A model generated the notes under the pieces. The model searched no databases. It was not told where the DNA came from and saw only the letters and a program-made list of their open reading frames with translations. This document shows positions 52,397 through 64,000 of a stretch of 64,000 nucleotides of DNA, piece by piece. The DNA is taken from positions 110,980,001 to 111,044,000 of the forward strand of contig NC_042998.1 in NCBI RefSeq assembly GCF_006345805.1, in the 5' to 3' direction. The position numbers were made by a program, and so were the translations under genes. The first letter of the stretch is position 1. Each line of letters starts with the position of its first letter. This DNA is from Octopus sinensis. Taxonomy: Eukaryota.

Positions 52397-52912
52397 AAAC
52401 CATAGGCCTAAAAGAGCAACGTCGACGAAAGTTATCAATAATACATTTTACACAGGCCGACGTATGTAGGGATGTGAATAGCGGATTGAATCAAACCATT
52501 ATATGAAGTACAAACTCCACTTTGTTATAAAGCACCTGCTCATACTTGCTGAATAAATGCACTAAAGGAATATTCATTTTTTTGTTCTATCCAGAGGTAC
52601 ATCGTTTCTTCCTACAGTTACCAGCGACTTGTGGACACAGCACGAACGCGTGTATCACGGTTTGGTACATTTGTTTGACTCTATGTCTTTCGCCTTCAAC
52701 CCTCTCTCTCTGCACCCCCTCTCTCTCTCTCTCTATCTTTATTCTTATGTATATATCTATCTACATTTTCTTTCTATCTATCTACATTTTATCCTCCTTA
52801 CTCTCTCAGTTATTGGACAATTCTGAATGAGCAACCACGTTTATCTATTTAAAAAATGCTGTGAACTACCCAGTGGTTTTATAAATAGTTACTAATACCT
52901 AGAATATATGCA

Positions 52913-53050
52913 GGGCAGCAAACTGGCAGAATCGCTAGCACTTCAGGCGAAATGCTTAGCCATATTTCGTCCGTCATTTCTTGGTTAAAATTCCGTCGAG
53001 ACCGACTCTGCCTTTTGACATTTCGGGGTCACTCTAATCGACTTACCCTC
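52913..53050 (+). mobile_element. SINE family D, degenerate copy
   Basis: ggcagcaaactggcagaatcgctagc..cgaaatgcttagc..aaattccgtcgagaccgac..ttcggggtc..aatcgactta. Confidence 0.7.
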
Positions 53051-56000
53051 GCTCTCCAGCTTTCTGGCCTTTTTCCAAATAACTGAGATCAATATCTAGA
53101 CTGAATATCTCCCTACCGCTATTTGAAGATTTCCCATGAATATTGTTACTCATTCTCTCCACAATCATTCTATAGAGACTTCTAAGTTATGTGTTCTTAG
53201 ACATTCTGGCAACAACAGTACCCATCTAGAAGATTTGCTAGCATTCTAGAGGACAAGCACGAGTCAACAATTTACGCTTGAAAAAAGACAGTAGCTCAGT
53301 GAAAAAGATAAGTTGTTGAAAATTGTCTGGCATACAAAATCACAGGTTGTTCCCTCATCGAGCTATCTGTGATGGTGTAAACTTATCATTAAAGTTTCTT
53401 CCACAAAACATGAAAGATGTTTTGATAGTGTCAAGTAGAATATGAGACCTGTCAAACTGATCGAAAAAAATCTAGCCATCGCATCCATTGTTGAGTCTTT
53501 AATAACATTTTACTCTGATACCTTTTCAAATCGATACTACCTACCTTAAAAACACTTAGTGTTTCAGACTGAATCATATTAAAGGTATTTTAGCTAGACT
53601 CTTGGAGAAAAGTCAGCTGTATGTGCATGTCTCACTAGATTGTCAGGTACAAAGATCACTGGGTTGTTCTGGCTAATTCTCTTTTCGTTTCCTTTTTCCT
53701 ATACTCGAGTGTCATATGATTTATCATGGTTTCTAACGCATCCCACACCATTAAAGAAAAGGCAACGGTGTATGATTTTAACTCTTGTCTATGCAGTAGT
53801 TCGAAAATTATTCCTACAGCTCGGTCAGTAGAAACACACCGATGGAACCTTTAATTCGAAACTTTTCTGACAAGATGCCATTTTCTCTTAACATGAACCA
53901 AAGTTGCTGCTCTATAAGTATCTAAACTATGAGACATAAAATTGACGCACACTCTCTAGTAGAGCTACCATCGTTCAGTTAAAGTCAGTTAGTTGATACT
54001 AGCCATCGAGGAGGTAGTTTCACTGTCACTCGGTCTGCTAGAAAGAGTAGCCTAATGTCAATGTCACTAAAATCGTATTCTCTTATCTTGAAAATGTAAC
54101 AAATTTCATAATTTAATCGTAGATATGTTATCGGAATGAAAAAGATAGTCACAAAGAGAACGCCTTTAATTATAAGATTGCGAGAACACTGTCCCTCTTA
54201 TTTAATTTAGGGATTTGATAAAAAAAGATAGTAACATTGGATATTTATTTTCATGTTTTATAAAGAAAAGCAAATCTAAAGCTCCCGTAGTGTTTGTGTC
54301 AATTCAGCCCTTCCAATATCTGTCTATAGACTATAGCGACCATGTTATATACAGAATAGTAATATACAAAATATAGCATCAATCATTTCACTGAAGCTAA
54401 AATTAGCAAAGCATAACACTATCTCCTAATATTATTGTTATATATGAACTTATCGATCTTGGTGAAATGAAATGTCAAGTTAACTCTGATTTGAATCACT
54501 ATGGATTTTACAAATCCAGTGCAACAGTCACTGCTAAGAGCAAGTCCTACTTTATACATAAATTATTTTCATTAAAATGAATGCATCCATAACAGTGATA
54601 ACTTAGAGACCGCCCTCTTTTGCACATTAAATATTTGAAATGAAAGCAATGTATAAGAGGCAGCGCCTGCGTGAATACATGAACACAGATTTGCTTTAAA
54701 CATAACACATAATAACACTCGCTTATACATGTTTAATTGCATGCTTAATTGCAGTTAATATCCTCTTTCTCGATTGCAATGGCCGAATGAAAATAAACGG
54801 CTAACATTCAGCTCCCCAATTAAGTGCCTATTTAGCATCATTTTGGTCAATGATGCTATTGACGCTGGTCAATAACGTTGTACCATAGTAATTATATAAG
54901 GAAAACTTTAATAAAAAGTATAAAGAACAAGGAATTTGTAGAAGCAGTTATGTAAGTTATATGCCTTCATAATTTAACATTAGCTAAAAGTGTACCGTGA
55001 TGGTTTCATAGCAAACACTCTCATATAGATCCATTATATATGTATCCACGCACACATGCACACACGCATGGACACACGCACATACGCACACACGCATACA
55101 CACATACACACACATATGTATATATACTTATATATATGTGTGTGTGTACAAAAAAAGATAAACAGATATATTCAGATGGAGTGAGTGGCAAACAAAGGGA
55201 GAGAAAAAGAGAGTGAAAGAAATTCACAATTTCCATGGGTCTGCTGTTACTACTCAATGCAAGGTAATGAAGAAATGCATATATATATACATGCACACAC
55301 AATCACAAACTTATGAAGATATGCTATAAAATTATCTAACAACCCTTAAAACTCCGACTATAATGCATGGCTCATAAATCCTGCTTTTTCACAACGCTTC
55401 TTGTTGACTAAAGAATGAAAGAAGGAGCGACTTTGATGCTAGCATGCGAGTTGTAAATTTATTTTACTCTACCAAATGGTGATCAACATAATGACATTGT
55501 AGTGAATATGTGTTGGAGGACAGATCTAATATTTCAAACATTAGTAGTGAATGTATATTTATCATCAATCACAACACTAATAATTGCATTAAACAAATCA
55601 GCACTGAGGAACTCTCAGAATCTATCAAAGTTAAGCACAGGACTCTCAGGTTTGCTATGAATCCAGAACAATACCACTTCCTAACAAAAACTCACATGAT
55701 AGTGCAATGTGCATATTTCTGTATCTACAAACAATGAAGCCATCTTCCCAACGATGTCAGGCATTTTTTAATATTTATCATCAAGTGTATAAATAAATTA
55801 TTCTCCGATGAAGGCAAACACATTAGGCCTGTAGGATATTACAGCCAGATATTAAACATAGCCAATAATAAGAAAGATTAGTTATTAATACTTTGTAGTA
55901 ACAACAGTTATGCACTGGGAACCGAATATCCAGGAAGGCAAAAATGTTGCAACATAATATGGGACGATAAATCTATATAACAGCTGAAGCAGATTTTTAC

Positions 56001-57590
56001 TTTAAAAAACAATTTTCCAGAGCACATCGTTGTCTACAGATTGATGTGCACACCGATCAGTAAATAGAGCTAAGAGAGCACCCATTCAGAAATTGTCTGT
56101 ACTAATACAACAGCTAATTTCGCCTATAACTGACCACTGAAATATAGTAGATAGAAGGATTATTTGAGAAAATACCAATTTAAATAAATAACGCATTATC
56201 CATTTAGTTAAATACTTAAGCCAATAACATCAGTTTCCACATTATAACTTCTCTCGGATAGAGAGATAAGACTATGCCATAATTGATAATTCTCTCCTTC
56301 CCTTTCAACTATTTTTGTCATACTCTCTTAGTACATTTTGAGTTTTTCTCTCCTAACAACATATTTTTCACCCTCTTAGAGGCTTCCAAATGTTTAGTGA
56401 GTATCAAACTAAGAAGTACAGAAATATGACTAGTATGACAACACTATGGTTCACTAAATTGTTTGGAGCATATATATATATATATATTTGAATTCAGATG
56501 CTACTACATTCAGTCGTCCTATTACACTTTTGCGATACTTTTTTACTAGGAAAATTAAATCCAATTATAACTATAACAATTTCTGGCAGTCTACTTCCCT
56601 CAAGGTCACTTAGAATTTAATACAATCTAAGTTGATATCAATGAAACTAAGCATTCTGTTATTCTTTTAGTTTTCTTTTGCTGCACTCCTGTGACGGCGA
56701 CCATGCTAGGGTACAACATTAGCAGTACGTATCCTTTCATTTCGTAAGGTTACATCCTTGCCATATAAGTGCAAATGACGCCAATTCATTAAGAAACGCT
56801 TTTTAGTTGTAGCCCTGCTTTGTCTTTTCAAGTTAAATTATTCTTTATTTAAGACGATAGCATGTGATTTCGTAACTATTTCAAGAAGGTCGTCCAACAG
56901 CACAGAGCCTCCCTCGTTACGGGGTCAATTATAATGTTATGTTGCTCTACTTAGTTACCTTCTTTCACATTCTAAATTCAAATCGCATCGAGATAAACAA
57001 GTCGTATGAGTCCAGCAGAGTCGATAACAAGTTCATATTGATTTGTAAACACGAATATTGTCTATAACATTTTTCATTAAGTATGGCTTCTTAGTGTTAT
57101 CAAATATTTAGTATTTATAAGTCAGCACCAGAAAATTGAGAACAGTACTATTTGAATGCCATTTTGTAAATTCAGGGGTTAACTATTTATTTCCTCTATG
57201 CTAATAATATCTTCAAGCTAAAATAATTGTAATTTCTTTCCATGTATTATAAAGTAAAATATGGAAGATTATGTAATATATTGGGAGCAATTTGCTGGAG
57301 AAAAATATTATCAATCCGCACAGCACATTCACCTCACTACATGTTACAGTAAAACATCCAGCTGTTAATTACCAAATTCTCATTGGCAAAGCTTATTATA
57401 ATTTCATTACTGGGAAAGCTAAAATTTACACGTTCGTATCATACAACGACATCTATATAATCAAAAATAATGAGCAACGAACGTACACATTTTTCATAAA
57501 AGATACTGTCAAATATTCTTTGTAAAAGAACAGATGTATACATTGATACGTTAAGAATACATAAACAGATAAATATATAAAGTATAATGC

Positions 57591-57653
<63 letters not shown>

Positions 57654-58680
57654 CAGCAAACTAGCTATATAGTTATATAAATAACCATAGACGAATATCT
57701 AGTTTAATATCACTATGGCTCTTAACAATTCCTTTTGCTCATTAATAATCACTTCGCTCAATATTCATTACATCATTCTCTTTACTCAGTATCTATTTCT
57801 GCAACAATTCCTATAATTCAGTTTTAGTCTTAAGTGTTTTCTGCTGTATTTTTTTCTGCTTTACTTTTCTTCTATACGCTATGGTTTTAAACAATAACAA
57901 ACAAAAAAGCTAATTATTCTTATCATTCCAATGTCCTTTCTACTTTTTTTTAATAAAAGTAATTTGGTATCAAACAATTTTTATTAATGAAAAAGACAAC
58001 AAAAATCCTCCATTATATTGTTAGTTTTCTGAAATTAAATTGCGTTGAGAAAAATAGCCTTCTAAAATACAGTTAACTTTAGTGACCTTTACGGTCAAAT
58101 AGTTTTAGAGTTTATTTTAAGCGAGGTCACACAAAATCTACAAATAACTCTGATTAGGATTCAGAAGAAAATTAATGAATATATTTGGGAATGAATATAT
58201 TTTTTGTTTGTAGCTTTTCTCTCACATATAAACATATAATTGTATGTTTATTGAAGCTTATTTGTTTGTTTGAAGCTAAAGAATAGAATACAACTACTGA
58301 GCAGTTAGAGAGCTAAATTGAAGTGATTTTGTTTATAGGAGTTTTGAAAGAATACAATAAGTAATGTGAAAATTGTATAGATACGAATATTATATAAAAC
58401 TAACTTATATATATATATAGTACAATACATATGTGTGTGTGCGTGTGTTTGCATGTATATGAGTATACAGAGGTATATATATATATATACACACACAAGT
58501 AATATGAGCGGCTGATTAGCAATTTAAGAACCTAGAGGCAAATTTAGAGATGTCACTAAAGTGACAGAGGGTTCTGAGTAGTACCACCATTGCTAGAAAT
58601 AAGAAGCAAAACAACTCAATAACCACGGAAGCACTACCTTAATGACTGACAAGGGAGCCAAACTCCCTAGCGGACATAGA

Positions 58681-58736
<56 letters not shown>

Positions 58737-61164
58737 GTTTATACGTATGCATGTATGTACGCATTTATATGGGTGTATAGATATATATGTATATGTATGT
58801 ATATATATGTATGTATGTATCTATGTATATATGTATGTTTGTATGTATCTATGTGAGTGATTTCTTATTTTGACAAATAACATTTTATTTTTCTTCATTT
58901 AGCACCCTCAGGGAAGATCAAATCAAACTAAGAAACAACATATCGGTACGACACCAAAATACGTTACACTTCCGTTGAGTTTTTTGTCTTTTCAAGTTAA
59001 ATTATTCTTTATTTAAGACGATATATAATCACTAAATAAAGGTCACTAAATTCTATTAATTCTAATACTAAATTCCATTTAATGAATCGCTTTCTCTCGT
59101 GTTTCGATTGAAGGTTTCAAAAGAACTGTTGCTGAACACTCGCTTTAAAAAGCAGACTGATCTTTCTTTAGCATCGATGAGACAAGTAAACATTTTTCGA
59201 TAATGCACATAGTCTCAGAATTTAATTCCTATTATTTATTTACTTATTTATTTATTTTGGTTGTATATGTGTCATTATTTATACATCATTATTAATTTTT
59301 AAATTTGTCACAGTATCGACTCGGTAGCTTAGAGGTTTTAAATTATCCACTTGAAGAAGACAAACCCATTTAATGAATTATTCATCCTCTCTAAGGCTAA
59401 CAAAACTGAAACCTAATTTCTGTTATATAAGATAGTATTCTTCCCTTTGTAGTTTGTTTGATGAGAGATGGTCTCACTTGTTCGAAGTAATACATAGTCT
59501 AGGAATGAATAATGTATTTATATCATCTGTTTTGTGTGGAATAGCACTAGTGTTTCAGTATCATTCCGTCTGTATTTCATGCACAAAGGTCATAGCAATG
59601 AAGAGGTTAAATATTTCATTGAGCACTATACAATATATTTTCATCAGTTTTCTAGGAATTAAGAGAGTATACTTCAGAGGCATGTATACATACATATGTG
59701 TACGCGTGTGCGTGTGTGTGTATGTGTGCGTATGTGTGTGCGTATGTTTGTCTGCGTGTGAGTACGCGTGTGTGCATGTGCGAGTATGTGTGACTGAATG
59801 CGTGTGTGTTTGTGTGTGTGCGCGTGCGAGCGCAGTTGAGAACTCACAGTTTGTTTTTAGATGAAGAGATGCTACCTCTACTAATTTATTATCGAGACTA
59901 CATAACCACCAGCACATATTTTAGGAAGAGATGATAAGACCAAATAAACATCATTGGCAGCAAATATCGCACAATTAAAAAGTCTATGAAGTTACTACCC
60001 AACGTCCTGATTTAGTACAAGAAAAGCTATGTCATACTCGGGCGTGGTGAGGATATGAGTACAAATAAAAATTTTGGACGATTATGTAAGAGAGTAAGAG
60101 AAGTGTGGTCTGATTTAATCTACAAGTTGAATTACATTTAGAAACCAATATAGACGCGCAATTTTTCAAAATTTGGACAAGTATTCCACAGCTCCTAGTC
60201 CATACTGGAAGACACTCTGTGAAGCTAGCCAACTCTTCGGCACTTAATATCACGCAGCACATGATTAGATTCAACAATAAAATATTAAACAATCTGTTTT
60301 CTAATTATATAACCCCTAGAATTAATAATCTATATAATAGCATATATATACTGGGAATTAATTATTAAGATAATAACACATCTTAGTACGACAAGAATAG
60401 CAATCTATCACAATCGGGTAAATGAACTCTGTAATTGTAGGAAAAGACACTGTGTCCAATTGATAGATATTGACTCAGTATCTTGAAAAAATGTCGCTTA
60501 CGTGCTCTTGGAAATGTCTGTGTTCACAGAGAGGCTAGCTCAAATAAGTTTAAATGCAGATATAACTTGCAGCTTTATGGTTATAAGTAAAATTAATCTC
60601 ACATTTTTAGCTTGTTTTTCTCTAGCTTGCTGATAAAAAGCTGGGATATGAAATTGTTCGATCTATTATATGCAAAGCACAATTATTTAAATTTCGAAGC
60701 GATATATATAATTTTATGTATATCTGAAACTCTTCCAATAATTAAGTATAAATCAAATTTCATTAATCACTGAGTTGGGGCAATAAGAGTGCAACGTACC
60801 AGTATGTACTGCATGTCCTTCGTATTTAAAGTAGCAATAACCATATCAGCTTTAACCTAAAAGCACTATTAATTTTAATACTACTCGTCAAGCCATGTAA
60901 GTCTGCCCACCTCTAGTTAGTAAAACTTCTATTTTTCTTTCTTTCAATATTTCTTTCTTTAGTTTACTGAATTCCAGTTCGACTGCATTGATTCCAATTG
61001 GTAATACGACATTACCACACTGAAATAATGATAAATATCATAAGTATATATATTTATTTTCTGAACTAATAAACAGTAAAACTTTCTTTGTAAATTATCT
61101 ATACGATATCCACAAAGGTACCAATTGTTATTCCTATATTAATAATAATAGCAACAACAACATC

Positions 61165-61257
61165 AACATCGAAAAATGCCTTAGGAATGAGAACGCAGGT
61201 TCGAAATTTCCCTAAGACGCTTGATGAAGGCTGGGGGGGGGGTTTATCAGCCAAACT
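61165..61257 (+). ncRNA. Decayed hammerhead motif in a PLE-type terminal fragment
   Basis: TTGATGA-A-GGCTG-(ggggggggtttat)-CAGCC-AAAC. The 5-bp stem II is kept, C3 and G12 are lost, and stems I and III are absent. Confidence 0.4.
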
Positions 61258-62326
61258 GAAAGAATAGTTGGAAGTTGATCCGGACCTTTATTTTAAAGTT
61301 CTTCACTTGTGATAAAAACTAGTGTAACGAAATTCGCAGATATAGACACGTTGCCAAACAAAAAAACACGCAGGTGTTAAAAGGCATCACTTTGCCAATG
61401 TTCCAGCACTTCTTCCAACAGTGGAAAACGCGTCTTGACCGATACGTTGCTTCAAATGGAAAATACTTTGAAGGCGATAAACGTGTAAACATAAAAAACT
61501 GAATGAATAAAATAGTATAGTAAAATTCCGGTTTCTTTTGAGTATATCCTAAATCTTAGTATTGATAGTGGTACAGCTCGTAAGAGTATGAATTTATTTA
61601 TGAATGTATGTCAATATGTACGTGTATAAATACGTATGTGCGTATATATGCGCGAACATTGAGAGAGAGAGATTTAATGACTTGAACAAAATGATGAACG
61701 AGTATGAAATTAGTAATTTGGTAGAAATAATATAGGTGAGAATTGTTGTGTGTTTCAGTCAGTGTGTGTGAAAATTTGTGTATGAATGTTTCTGAGAATA
61801 TCTATACGATGTGTATGTGTGTATATATCGGTACCGTTGTCATAAAATTCTAAGAGTTGAGGCCGCTTAGATATGCACCAGAATACCTCTTCTAAAACAT
61901 ACACTTTCTTAACAAGTTTGGCTGCCTATTTTGATATTTCGATACTTAAAACCTTGTTTAGTTTTCTTCAGTTTTTCTTGATTTTCTCCATACTTTTCCC
62001 TTGTGTATGTGTATGTGTATGTGTGCGTGCGCGCGCGTGTGTGTCAATTCATATATTTATCTTATTCTCTATATTTCTATGGTATGGATTCATTCAAATA
62101 CTAGAGAACGATCAGCCAAATCTTAAGAAAGCAAAATTTGTAATAAAAATAATCTTTCTTATTTTTATCTATTACTTTATGAGACTGTTGTATTTAATTT
62201 TCTTTATGTTATTGAATTCTATTTTTTCCGAATTTATGATATTTGAATTTTCTTATAGTTAAATAAAATTCCATCAAACTATCTCTCTGTCATTTATGAC
62301 TTTATATATATATATATATATATATA

Positions 62327-62760
62327 TTCTTTTATTCTTTTACTTGTTTCAGTCATTTGACTGCGGCCATGATGGGGCACTGCCTTTAGTCGAGCAAATC
62401 GACCCCAGGACTTATTCTTTGTAAGCCTAGTACTTTTTCTATCAGTCCGTTTTGCTGAACTGCTAAGTTTCGGGGATGTAAACACACTCGCGTCGGTTTT
62501 CAAGCGATGTTGGGGGTACAAATACAGACACGCAAATACACACACACATACACACATACACACACACACACATGTATATATATATATACTTACATACGAC
62601 AGGCTTTTTTCAGTTTCCGTCTACCAAATCCCCTCACAAGACTTTGGTCGACCCGAGGCAATAGGAGAAAACGCTTGCGGAAGGTGCCACGCAGTGGGAC
62701 TGAATTCGGAAGCATGTGGTTGGTAAGCAAGCTACTTACCACACAACCACTCCTGCACCT
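62327..62760 (-). mobile_element. Full-length SINE family A
   Basis: Colinear with 46925-47340; head aggtgcaggagtggttgtgtggtaag and tail gaaacaagtaaaagaataaaagaa. Confidence 0.9.
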
Positions 62761-62794
62761 ATATAAGCGTAAATAAATACCAATGCAATATTTA

Positions 62795-63200
<406 letters not shown>

Positions 63201-64000
63201 TTAAATATAACTGTATATATACATATACATATATATTCTGCATATATGTGCGAGCATGTGTCCAAATAATACATACCTTTAAATATATTATCGTTCATTT
63301 TCCCCACTACTTAACCAAAAATATTTCTCTGTCAGTCATTTGGGATCTTTTTTCTAGATTTTTATTGTTTTGTTTTATCAACAATACAAAAGACATTTGA
63401 ATATGTGCTGGAATCAACATCATATGTGAATGCATGAATGATTGATTACTCAGATCCCTTTATCATCTACAATCTATATAAATCACCTAATTGTCTTATC
63501 CTGCTCTCCTTTATTAACTCTCGGCAAAAATACATGCTTGAGTGCTACAACATTCTTTTATAGCTTGTCAATTCTACAGCAACCTTCCAGACGTAATTAC
63601 TTATCTCAATAGAATTATTATAAAATTTCGAGCGATTATGAGTCACAAAATTAATTTCCTATTATTTTATTTTATTTTCTGTAATGTTTCTTAAAATAAA
63701 CTGGTTTAAATATGAAAAAGAATTACCAAGAAACTGATTTGTTTGTTTAGAATATACTTTAAAATTCGGTGAGGCAACTTAGGAATACCTACATATTCAC
63801 TCCACCCGAAAATAAATTACACCTAAATCACACTCAAATTCCATCCTATCATTCCGACGACGATGCAGAGTCGCCGTAGCAGCTTTGTAGGTCCCTGGAA
63901 AAATCAGTGCATTGGGCCCTGTAGTATTTATTTATCTACAGCAAGCCACAACATTTATGGGTCAGAAGTACACCCTATACCCAATGGGTCCGTGTGCAGC

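Noticed and set aside
55801-55860. CCGATGA-A-GGC..GCC-AGATATT as another U4C hammerhead
   Set aside because: GAAA is absent, stem I does not pair and there is no linked PLE sequence.

Overview
AT-rich, repeat-dense eukaryotic genomic DNA. The SINEs and microsatellites look like those of Octopus; this is recognition from memory, not a database search. No complete protein-coding gene is present, and almost all listed ORFs are microsatellite artefacts or decayed transposon frames. The window holds several tRNA-derived SINEs, mariner and Chapaev3-like transposase fossils, a fragment of a LINE with a restriction-like endonuclease, two foldback MITEs, and 4 clear plus 2 doubtful Penelope-like element (PLE) fragments. 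It also has two apparently identical tandem duplications (1181 and 1164 bp) bounded by (TA)n, and a few weak candidate exons. The main hidden signal is RNA-level: about 12 type I hammerhead-ribozyme (HHR) motifs. An HHR lies downstream of each of the four clear PLE fragments. A non-coding 431-bp tandem unit (47412-49320) carries one HHR per unit; two copies have a complete core with a palindromic stem III and two carry a G12A change. That unit is a candidate retrozyme or orphan PLE pseudo-LTR. All folds were read by eye and no activity is shown.
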